A stretch of DNA of 13,014 nt from Candidatus Methylomirabilia bacterium (lineage in GTDB: Bacteria > Methylomirabilota > Methylomirabilia > Rokubacteriales > CSP1-6), in the NCBI GenBank assembly GCA_041492755.1, contig JBGPXN010000129.1, positions 1-13,014 of the forward strand, written 5' to 3'. Positions 1-7,099 of this stretch are shown piece by piece (position 1 is the stretch's first letter; every line of letters begins with the position of its first letter). Both the position numbers and the translations under genes were made by a program. The notes below the pieces were generated by a model. The model worked only from the letters and a program-made list of their open reading frames with translations. It was not told where the DNA came from and made no database searches.

Positions 1-278
1 CCGGCGCGCAGGATCTCCCTCGGCGCGCCTCCGGGCTCACCGGCCCGGATCACGCCCTGCTCGACGAGGCGGCGCCGTTGGGCCACGTCGTCCCCGTGAG
101 ACTCATCGGTTCGCCAATCGTCGACGGGAACCAGGTCGGCCACCGGCGTGTCACGATCGAAGATGCGATAGCGCATGCCGCGCCGGACCCCGGCGAGGAG
201 CTCGGACAACCGATTCTTCGCCTCCGCAGTGCGAACGGCCCTCAATCGCGCCGGCCTGGCCTTGGTGGGGGGTGCCAT
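1..278 (-). CDS. Phd/YefM-family type II antitoxin (3' end truncated by window edge)
   Basis: Not in the ORF track because there is no stop in the window. Manual translation from ATG at 278: MAPPTKARPARLRAVRTAEAKNRLSELLAGVRRGMRYRIFDRDTPVADLVPVDD...RRRLVEQGVIRAGE. It matches the prevent-host-death pattern (xxxEAKNRLSELLxxVxxGxxxxIxDRxxPVAxLVP). An in-frame TTG (giving MRAVRTAEAK) is an alternative start. Confidence 0.85.
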   Translation of the reverse strand, partial: MAPPTKARPARLRAVRTAEAKNRLSELLAGVRRGMRYRIFDRDTPVADLVPVDDWRTDESHGDDVAQRRRLVEQGVIRAGEPGGAPREILRA

Positions 279-299
279 GATGATGCTATCTCAGCCAGC

Positions 300-1628
300 T
301 CAGCTCGTCACGGCAAAGGCTCCGCCACCGCCACGCGGCTGTTGACGCTCGCGCGCGGAGTCGCAAAGTGTGCCGGCCACCGCGCGGCCGCCCTGGAGCA
401 CGAGCCGGATGCGCGCCATGTCCTGGAGCAATCGGATGTCCGCGAGCGGGTCGCCGTCGATGATGATCAAGTCGGCGAGCTTGCCGGGACCGAGCGAGCC
501 GAGCGAATCTGCGCGATGCAGCGCGCGGGCGGCGACCCCGGTGGCGGCGTGGATCGCGTCGAGCGGCGTCATGCCCTCGCGCACGAGGAATTCCAGCTCC
601 CGCGCGTTGCTCCCGTGCGGGTACCGGTTGCCGATGTCGCCGCCCGCCGCGATCGGCACCCCGGCCTCGCGCGCACGACGGAAGCTGTCGAGCCACAGCG
701 GGCGGTTGACGGTCATCTCCTCGCGCTGCTTCGCCGGGAGGTCGAGCGTTACGCCCAGGTCGAGCACGCTCTGGAGCGTCGAGAGCGTCGGCACGAGCAC
801 GGCGCCCGTCCGCTGGAACAGCTCGATCGCCTCGTCGTCGAGGCGGGTGCCGTGCTCCACGGTGTCGGCGCCCGCGCGCAGCGCGAACTTCACCGACTCG
901 TAGGACTGACAGTGGACGGCGACGGTGCGGCCCCAGCGGTGGGCCTCGTGGACGGCCAGGAGCATCTCCTCCTGGTTCATCGTGGTCATCCACGTGTGCG
1001 AGTGCGGGCTGCCCTCGGCGCCGCTGCCGCCCAGCTTGACGTTGTCGACGCCGTCGCGGATCTGGCTGCGGACCGCCTTCAGCATCTCCTGGGCGCCATC
1101 GACGCGCATCCCGAAGCCGCAGTCGGTGTGCCAGCAGGACGGCAGCGTGTCGGCCAGCCCGGCGGTCGGGTGCAGGATGCGGCCGCTCGCCACCACGCGC
1201 GGCCCGCGGATGCGGCCCTGGGCCACCGCGTCGCGGACCGCCACCGCGACGTTGCCGATGGTGCCGAGGTCACGCACGGTCGTGTACCCCGCGCGGAGGA
1301 TGACCTCCGCGTTCAGCACCGCGTTGATCGCCGCCGTCTCCACCGGGCAGCGGTCGATGTCCTCGAAGCGGCGAAAGCCCGCGTAGACGAGGTGGGCGTG
1401 GCAGTCGATCAGGCCGGGCAGGATTGTCCGGCCGTCGACCTCGACGACCCGCGCGCCATCGCGCGCGCGCCCGAGGTCCGCCATCCGCCCCACACCCGTG
1501 ATCAGCCCGCCTTCGACGCGAACGAACCCGTCCTCGAGGGGCGGGTGGCCAAGCCCGTCCACGACACGCGCGTCGACGAAGCAGAGCGGCGCGCCGGCAA
1601 CGGCACTCTCGAGCCACGCGTCGTTCAT
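300..1628 (-). CDS. Metal-dependent amidohydrolase (Amidohydro_1; Xaa-Pro dipeptidase/imidazolonepropionase-like subgroup), 442 aa
   Basis: Motifs PGLIDCHAH (HxH), GYTTVRDLG, VKL (carboxylated Lys position), VAVHCQS, TVEHG, AAGGD, and C-terminal GSLGPGKLADLIIIDGDPL. Confidence 0.92.
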   Translation of the reverse strand: MNDAWLESAVAGAPLCFVDARVVDGLGHPPLEDGFVRVEGGLITGVGRMADLGRARDGARVVEVDGRTILPGLIDCHAHLVYAGFRRFEDIDRCPVETAAINAVLNAEVILRAGYTTVRDLGTIGNVAVAVRDAVAQGRIRGPRVVASGRILHPTAGLADTLPSCWHTDCGFGMRVDGAQEMLKAVRSQIRDGVDNVKLGGSGAEGSPHSHTWMTTMNQEEMLLAVHEAHRWGRTVAVHCQSYESVKFALRAGADTVEHGTRLDDEAIELFQRTGAVLVPTLSTLQSVLDLGVTLDLPAKQREEMTVNRPLWLDSFRRAREAGVPIAAGGDIGNRYPHGSNARELEFLVREGMTPLDAIHAATGVAARALHRADSLGSLGPGKLADLIIIDGDPLADIRLLQDMARIRLVLQGGRAVAGTLCDSARERQQPRGGGGAFAVTS

Positions 1629-1661
1629 CGCGCTCGGAGCCTCGCAGGGTGCCGAAACCCT

Positions 1662-1786
1662 CGCAGGCCGCTCAAAAAGGTCCAGATGCTAGGCGGCGAG
1701 GAGCGACGACCGAGACGTGGCCCGGCCACGTCGCAGGGAGGAGCGACGAGCCAACGACGCAGATGGGCCTTTTTCAGCGGCCTGCG
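1662..1786. mobile_element. 125-bp MITE-like / non-autonomous inverted-repeat element
   Basis: Terminal inverted repeats: 1662-1684 cgcaggccgctcaaaaaggtcca versus reverse complement of 1764-1786 cgcaggccgctgaaaaaggccca (21/23 identical). Central palindrome gacgtggcc-c-ggccacgtc at 1714-1732. Internal direct repeat gaggagcgacga at 1698-1709 and 1738-1749. No coding capacity and no clear target-site duplication. Confidence 0.7.
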
Positions 1787-1800
1787 CGGTCCGGAGGCGA

Positions 1801-2670
1801 TCACTCGCGGACGAGGCGGCCGTAAAGGTCCGGCCGTCGGTCGCGCCACCACGGCAGGCTCTTCTGGGCGCGCGCGACGTCGTCGAGATCGAGCGTGGCC
1901 ACGAGCAACTCGTCGCCGTCGCCCTTCGCCACCGCCATCACCTCCGCGCCCACCGGGTTGACGATCATGCTCTTGCCGATGTTCTGGCGGCCGGCCTCGT
2001 CCCCGGCCCGGTTCACCGCCACCACGAAGACGCCGTTCTCGTAGGCGCGCGCCTGCAGCGGCACCTCCCACGTGTTCCCGCGGAGCGTGGCCTCCCCGTA
2101 GGTCGCGGCGCAGATGGGCATGAACAGGATCTCGGCGCCGTCGAGCGCCAGCACGCGCGAGCCTTCGGGGAACTTTCGGTCGTAGCAGATCTGGATGCCG
2201 AAGCGCACCCCGCGCGTCTCGAAGACGGGCAGCTCGCGGCCGGGGGTGAAGTAGAACTTCTCGTAGCTGCCGGTCCCGCCGGCCAGCTTCGACGGCAGGA
2301 TGGCCGGGATGTGCGTCTTGCGGTAGGTGCCGAGCGTCCGGCCCTCGCCGTCCACCACCAGCGCCGCGTTGTAGAGGTATTTCCCGTGTCGCTCGCCGTA
2401 CGGAAAGATCATCGCCATGTGCCGGTCCCGGACGAGCGCGAACAGCGGCTCGGTGGCCGGGTTCGGCAGCTCCATGAAGAAACCCTCGTAGTCCGGGTCG
2501 AGCGTGCCCGGGAAGAACGGCGTGAGGAACAGCTCGGGGAAGCAGATGATCTGGGCGTCGCGCGCGGCGGCCTGCTCCACCAGCTCGCACGCCGCCGCCA
2601 CGTGAGGGGCGACGTCGCGCGTGAGGACGGGGCCGGTCTGAGCGGCGGCGACGATGATGGTCCTGGCCAT
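1801..2670 (-). CDS. Carbon-nitrogen hydrolase (nitrilase superfamily; N-carbamoyl amidase/beta-ureidopropionase/AguB-like), 289 aa
   Basis: Catalytic triad motifs FPEL (Glu), YRKTHIP (Lys) and ICYDRKFPE (Cys). YEKFYFTPG and the C-terminal WWRDRRPDLY are typical of N-carbamoyl amidases. RBS GAAGGAG upstream. Confidence 0.92.
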   Translation of the reverse strand: MARTIIVAAAQTGPVLTRDVAPHVAAACELVEQAAARDAQIICFPELFLTPFFPGTLDPDYEGFFMELPNPATEPLFALVRDRHMAMIFPYGERHGKYLYNAALVVDGEGRTLGTYRKTHIPAILPSKLAGGTGSYEKFYFTPGRELPVFETRGVRFGIQICYDRKFPEGSRVLALDGAEILFMPICAATYGEATLRGNTWEVPLQARAYENGVFVVAVNRAGDEAGRQNIGKSMIVNPVGAEVMAVAKGDGDELLVATLDLDDVARAQKSLPWWRDRRPDLYGRLVRE

Positions 2671-2689
2671 GGGTGCTCTCCTTCCGATC

Positions 2690-4045
2690 TCAGGGTGACG
2701 GGACAGCGCCCGGCACGGGCCACGGGGTGCGGATATCGGGAATCGACTCGCGCGCGAGCAGTGCGGCGACCGAGACGTCGGCGCCGAGCCGGCCGCGATC
2801 GGGGGCGAGCGCGACCTCGCGCCCGTCCTTGAGCAGGCGCACGATGCGCCGCTTGTCGCGGAGCACGCCCACGTCCTGGGCGGGATCGCCCTCGACGACG
2901 AGCACGTCGGCGAGCTTGCCGGGTTCCAGCGTGCCGAGCACGGCCTGGCGGCCGATTGCCTCCGCCGCCGTCTGCGTCGCCGCGCGGATCACCTCGAGCG
3001 GCGGGTAGCCGAGTGCCGCAAGATACTCCAGCTCCAGTACACCGTCGGGCGCGTGGAAGAACCGGTGCGCGGCGTCCGTGCCCACCGCGACCTTCACCCT
3101 CATCTCGCGGGCGTGGACGAGCATGGCGGCCGCTGCCAGGAAGGCGCCCCGCGCTTCCTGGACGAACGCGGGATCGTCCCGGGCGAGGACGTAGCCGGGC
3201 AGGCAGCGCGCGTGGAGCCACGCGATCGTCGCGCTCAGGACGACGCCGCGCTCGCGGACCAGCGCCAGTGCTTCCTCGTCGGCGAACTCCGCCGAGTGCA
3301 GGGAGCGCACGCCCGCGCGGACGGCGGCCTTGATCCCGCCGGCCGAGTGGGCATGGGCGTGGACCCAGCGCCGGTGCTTGGCCGCCTCGCGGACGGCCGC
3401 GGCGATCTCGTCCTGGTCAAGGTCGCCCGTCTCCGCGTCGCTCCAGCGCGAGCCCGCCACGCCGCTCGCCGCGACCTTTATATAGTCGACCCCCGCCTTG
3501 ATCTGCCGGCGCACGGCGCGCCGCACCTCGCCGGCGCCGTCGACCTGGGTGCCGAGGGCGACGTCGCTCTCGTAGCGGACCCACACCGGCATGCTGTCGA
3601 GCAGCCCGGCGGCGCCGCAGAGGATCTGGCCGGCCGCGACCACGCGCGGACCGGGAATGAACCCGCCGGCCACCGCGTCGCGGATGGCCGGACCGATCAG
3701 CCCGCGGCAACCCCCGTCGGCGATGGTGGTGAAGCCCATCTCGAGGATGGCCCGCGCGTTGAGCGACGCCTTCACGGCAGAGAGCTCGACGCTCTCCTCC
3801 ATCTCGAGCGTCCACGCGTTCGGCTGGCTCGCGTGGTAGCTCAGGTGCGTGTGGCAGTCGATTAGTCCGGGCATGATCGTCTGGCCGTCGAGATCGATCA
3901 CTCGCGCGCCGGGCGCCATGCGGAGCCGGTCGGTGCGATCGACCTGCGCGATGGTTCCATCGTTGATGACGAGCCCGGCGTCGGCGACGGGATCGCGACC
4001 GGTCCCGTCGATGAGCCAGCCTCCGCGCAGCACCGTCTGCGGCAC
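2690..4045 (-). CDS. Metal-dependent amidohydrolase (Amidohydro_1), paralog of 300..1628, about 451 aa
   Basis: The real start is the GTG at 4045 (VPQTVLRGGWLIDGTG), preceded by RBS GGAGGAG. The ORF-track extension to 4870 is antisense to the ABC binding-protein gene. Motifs PGLIDCHTH, GFTTIAD, YIKV, VHAHAHS, VGTD, GTLEPGKLADVLVVEGDP. Confidence 0.9.
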   Translation of the reverse strand: MPQTVLRGGWLIDGTGRDPVADAGLVINDGTIAQVDRTDRLRMAPGARVIDLDGQTIMPGLIDCHTHLSYHASQPNAWTLEMEESVELSAVKASLNARAILEMGFTTIADGGCRGLIGPAIRDAVAGGFIPGPRVVAAGQILCGAAGLLDSMPVWVRYESDVALGTQVDGAGEVRRAVRRQIKAGVDYIKVAASGVAGSRWSDAETGDLDQDEIAAAVREAAKHRRWVHAHAHSAGGIKAAVRAGVRSLHSAEFADEEALALVRERGVVLSATIAWLHARCLPGYVLARDDPAFVQEARGAFLAAAAMLVHAREMRVKVAVGTDAAHRFFHAPDGVLELEYLAALGYPPLEVIRAATQTAAEAIGRQAVLGTLEPGKLADVLVVEGDPAQDVGVLRDKRRIVRLLKDGREVALAPDRGRLGADVSVAALLARESIPDIRTPWPVPGAVPSP

Positions 4046-4208
4046 GCCGTGATTCTCCTCCGAGGCAACACGCCGGCCGCCGGAAAGAGTCTCGCGGTCG
4101 GCGCGACGGCCAGGGAGTGTAGGATAGCCCGGACCTGGCATCCGGCTCCAGCGAAGGGGCGTTGTCAGGAGTCGCCGGGGCTCTGGACCGAACCGCAAGG
4201 AGGAATCG
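4046..4208. promoter_or_regulatory. Divergent promoter region between the hydrolase operon and the ABC operon
   Basis: 163-bp gap between divergent starts, with RBSs on both sides (GGAGGAG on -, AAGGAGG on +). Candidate -10 TAGGAT at 4120-4125 on +; no convincing -35. Confidence 0.5.
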
Positions 4209-5186
4209 ATGAAGCGTTCGCTCGTGCTCGTGGTGGCGGCGGTGATGCTGGTGGCGGGAGTGGCCTCGGTGGGCTCGGCCAGCCACGGCAAGATGCTCTT
4301 CGGCATCGGCATCAGCGCGCCGTACGCGCCCTTCGTGGTGGCGGTCGAGAAGGGGTTCCTGGAGAAACGCGGAGTGCCGGCCGAGTACAAGACGTTCGAG
4401 AGCGGGATGCCGGCCTTCGAGGCCACCATCGCCGGCAGCGTCGACGCCGGCATGGTCTCCGAGTTCATCTTCGTGCCCGCGCGCGCCAAGGGCGCGAACG
4501 TCTCGGTCGTCTCGCTGTTCTCGATCACCGGCAAGGACCTCGGGCTCGTGGTCTCCAAGAACGTCAAGACGGCCAAGGACCTCGAGGGCAAGAGCGTCGG
4601 CACGGCTCTCCGCTCCTCCGCCGAGTACTTCATGCACAAGTACCTCGAGAAGAACGGCGTGGACGTGGCCAAGGTGAGGGTCCGCAACATCGCGCCGACG
4701 GAGACCGCGCCCGCGCTGTTCCGCGGCGACATCGACGCCTTCTTCCTCTGGGGCAACTGGGTCCCCAAGGGCCCCGAAGTCGTACCGGGCGCCCGGATCA
4801 TGGCGTACTCCGGTGACAACGACGTGTACATCCAGAAGCAGGCGCTCCTCTTCAACGCCAACTTCGTCAAGACTCACCGTGACCTCGCCGGCAAGGCGCT
4901 CCTCGGCCTGATGGACACCATCAAGTTCATCAAGGAGAACCCGGACGAGGCGGCCCAGGTCGCCGGCAAGGTGTTCCGCATCGCCCCCGAGGAGATGAAG
5001 AAGCAGATGGCGCCGCTGAACTACGTGATCGAGCTCAAGCGGGCCACCATCGCGGAGTACAAGGACAGCACGCGCTGGATCGTCGGCAAGGGCGGCGCGA
5101 CGATCCCCGACGTCGACAAGTTCTGGGCCGAGCTGGCGGACCCGTCCCTGCTCAAGGCGGTGGCCCCGCAGCAGACCGATCTCTAA
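4209..5186 (+). CDS. ABC transporter substrate-binding protein, NMT1/SsuA/TauA family, 325 aa
   Basis: Sec signal peptide (MKRSLVLVVAAVML...). Motifs YAPFVVAVEKGF, DLEGKSVG, ALFRGDIDAFFLW, FIKENPDEAA. Strong RBS AAGGAGG. Followed by the ATPase and permease genes. Confidence 0.9.
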   Translation: MKRSLVLVVAAVMLVAGVASVGSASHGKMLFGIGISAPYAPFVVAVEKGFLEKRGVPAEYKTFESGMPAFEATIAGSVDAGMVSEFIFVPARAKGANVSVVSLFSITGKDLGLVVSKNVKTAKDLEGKSVGTALRSSAEYFMHKYLEKNGVDVAKVRVRNIAPTETAPALFRGDIDAFFLWGNWVPKGPEVVPGARIMAYSGDNDVYIQKQALLFNANFVKTHRDLAGKALLGLMDTIKFIKENPDEAAQVAGKVFRIAPEEMKKQMAPLNYVIELKRATIAEYKDSTRWIVGKGGATIPDVDKFWAELADPSLLKAVAPQQTDL

Positions 5187-5401
5187 GTGGGGGGCCCCGA
5201 AATGGCCCCCCCCACCCCCCCCGCTCGGCAGCGCCCCGGGGAACCCGGGGCGCTCCTCGGTCACCGTGAGTCGGACGCCCCCTAGAAGAGGACACCGGCG
5301 CCGGCCCCGACATGGCCCCCCCCATCCCCTACGCTCGGAGTGCCCCGGACCCCCCGGGCCGCTCCTCGATCGCCGTTGGCCGAACGCGTTCCTAGCGAAG
5401 G
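5187..5401. repeat. Two degenerate tandem copies (period about 110 bp) of a GC-rich REP-like hairpin element
   Basis: Copy 1 from 5193: ggccccgaaatggcccccccca...cgctcggcagcgccccgg...gctcctcggtcaccgt...cctag. Copy 2 from 5303: ggccccgacatggcccccccca...cgctcggagtgccccgg...gctcctcgatcgccgt...cctag. Copy 1 contains a perfect 11-bp stem agcgccccggg-gaa-cccggggcgct (5230-5254) and a G-run/C-run stem (5187-5215). Confidence 0.8.
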
Positions 5402-5420
5402 CCGCCGCGCCCGCGCCGGC

Positions 5421-6200
5421 ATGGGCGGCTACATCCAGTTCGCGGACGTCGAGTTCCGCTTCGTCGCCCGGGCCGGGACCGCTCCGCTCGTTCTCGAGCG
5501 GTTCTCGCTCTCGATCGAGCGGGGGGAGTTCTTCTGCCTGCTCGGCCCGAGCGGTTGCGGTAAGACGACCGTCCTCAACCTCCTGGCCGGGTTCGAGCGT
5601 CCGAGCGGCGGGAGCCTCGAGGTCGACGGGCGTCCCGTGGTGGGCCCGGGGGTCGACCGCACCGTCGTGTTCCAGGGCGACGACTCGCTCTACACGTGGC
5701 TCACCGCCGTCGAGAACGTCGAGTTCGGGCTGCGGCTCGCCGGCGTGGACGCGGCCACGCGGCGGGTGACGGCCGAGCGCTACCTGAGCCTCGTCGGCCT
5801 GTCCGGCCAGGGCGGCAAGTATCCGAGCGAGCTGTCCGGTGGGATGAAGCAGCGGATCCAGATCGCGCGGGCGCTCGTGTGCGAGTCGCCGATCCTCCTG
5901 ATGGACGAGCCGTTCGCGGCCGTCGACGCCCAGACCCGGAGCACGCTGCAAGACGAGCTGATCGGGATCTGGCAGGCGACGCGGCGCACCTTCCTCTTCA
6001 TCACCCACGACATCGGCGAGTCCGTCCTCCTCGCCGATCGCATCGGGATCATGACGGCGGGGCCCGCCGCGCGCATGAAAGTCGTGGTGCCGGTGGACCT
6101 GCCGCGCCCGCGCCGCCGGAGCGATCCGGCGTTCGGCGCGCTCTACGAGCGGCTCCACGTGATCGTGTCGGAAGAGGTCCGGCGGCGGGCCGCGGGATGA
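5421..6200 (+). CDS. ABC transporter ATP-binding protein (SsuB/TauB/NrtD-like), about 259 aa
   Basis: Walker A GPSGCGKT, Q-loop VVFQ, signature LSGGMKQR, Walker B LLMDEPF, H-loop ITHD, C-terminal VDLPRPR. Start placed at ATG 5421 (MGGYIQF), because the track start at 5340 lies inside the repeat. Confidence 0.92.
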   Translation: MGGYIQFADVEFRFVARAGTAPLVLERFSLSIERGEFFCLLGPSGCGKTTVLNLLAGFERPSGGSLEVDGRPVVGPGVDRTVVFQGDDSLYTWLTAVENVEFGLRLAGVDAATRRVTAERYLSLVGLSGQGGKYPSELSGGMKQRIQIARALVCESPILLMDEPFAAVDAQTRSTLQDELIGIWQATRRTFLFITHDIGESVLLADRIGIMTAGPAARMKVVVPVDLPRPRRRSDPAFGALYERLHVIVSEEVRRRAAG

Positions 6201-6952
6201 GGATGAAAGCGGCGCTGATCCCGCTGCTGTCGGTCGGCGTGGTCATCCTGGTGTGGCAGATCGTCAGCGCGACGTTCTTCCCCCCGGTCCTCTTTCCCAC
6301 TCCGGTCTTGGTGGCGCGCGCGTTCGTGAAGGAGATCGCGGCGGGGCGGCTCCTGGGCGACGTCCTGGCCAGCCTCGCCCGGATCTTCACGGGCTTCGTC
6401 ATCGGCTGCACGCTGGGCGCCGGCACCGGTCTCACGATGGGCTTCATCCCCTTCGCGCGGCGGTTCCTCGATCCGTGGATCCAGTTCGGACGGTTCGTGC
6501 CGTCCATCTCGCTCCTGTCGCCCGCCCTCATCTGGTTCGGGATCGGCGAGGGCTCGAAGCTCTTCCTCATCACCTACACGACGACCTTCATCGTGCTGCT
6601 CAACACGCTCGCCGCCGTTTTCAGCGTGCCCCGGAGCAAGATCCGCGCGGCGGAATGCCTGGGCGCCACGCGCGCGCAGCTCTTCCGGCTCGTGATCCTT
6701 CCCGCGAGCCTGCACGGGATCTTCACCGGCATGCGCGTGGGCATGGGGCTCTCGTTCACCACGGTCGTCGCCGCCGAGATGATCGCGGCGGACTCCGGCC
6801 TCGGCTACCTGATCATCAACTCCCGCCTCTGGTTCCAGACCGACGTGATCTTCGTGGGGATCATCATGCTGGGGACGCTGGGGTACCTCGCCGACAAGGC
6901 GTTCCAGGGCCTGATCCACCGCGTCGCGTGGCGCTACGCGCCGACCAACTGA
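6197..6952 (+). CDS. ABC transporter permease (SsuC/TauC/NrtB-like), about 251 aa
   Basis: ATGA overlap with the ATPase stop (alternative ATG at 6203). Hydrophobic helices, WFGIGEGSK, EAA-like motif IRAAECLGAT, and VVAAEMIAADSGLGYLI. Confidence 0.92.
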   Translation: MRMKAALIPLLSVGVVILVWQIVSATFFPPVLFPTPVLVARAFVKEIAAGRLLGDVLASLARIFTGFVIGCTLGAGTGLTMGFIPFARRFLDPWIQFGRFVPSISLLSPALIWFGIGEGSKLFLITYTTTFIVLLNTLAAVFSVPRSKIRAAECLGATRAQLFRLVILPASLHGIFTGMRVGMGLSFTTVVAAEMIAADSGLGYLIINSRLWFQTDVIFVGIIMLGTLGYLADKAFQGLIHRVAWRYAPTN

Positions 6953-7043
6953 TGCGCGGTCCGGCCTCCCAGAGCGGCTTTCCGCACTCTCAGGCTCCTG
7001 GTTTCACCCACTCACTTCCACGAAGAGCCGTTTCCATGTTCGA

Positions 7044-7067
7044 TTATTATAATCATGATTATAATAA
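7044..7067. promoter_or_regulatory. Perfect 24-bp AT-rich palindrome (putative operator overlapping the promoter of the ATPase gene)
   Basis: TTATTATAATCA|TGATTATAATAA is its own reverse complement. It contains TATAAT at 7048-7053 and 7060-7065 and lies 32 bp upstream of ATG 7100, in otherwise strongly GC-rich DNA. Confidence 0.75.
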
Positions 7068-7099
7068 GAGCCACTCGGTGACATCGGGAGGCGGTGCTG

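Noticed and set aside
78..1961. 627-aa + strand ORF, and similar long ORFs (1717..2832 +, 3417..6158 -, 9039..10430 -, 10821..11936 +, 11824..12912 +)
   Set aside because: Antisense or alternate-frame shadows of genes with clear family motifs. They are expected from high-GC codon bias, are low-complexity Arg/Ala/Gly-rich, and have no recognisable domains.
4126..4200. Possible riboswitch in the ABC operon leader
   Set aside because: Only short GC hairpins, with no recognisable TPP, SAM, guanidine or purine aptamer motifs.
4046..4870. N-terminal 275-aa extension of the 726-aa ORF (apparent fusion protein)
   Set aside because: Most of it lies antisense to the ABC binding-protein gene. Amidohydrolase similarity begins at GTG 4045, which has its own strong RBS.
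5187..5401. Possible CRISPR array
   Set aside because: Only two degenerate copies, similarity runs across nearly the whole unit with no unique spacers, and there are no cas genes.
7044..7067. Fur box interpretation of the AT-rich palindrome
   Set aside because: It only loosely resembles GATAATGATAATCATTATC, has even (12+12) rather than 9-1-9 symmetry, and the downstream gene is not iron-related. Not excluded, but unsupported.
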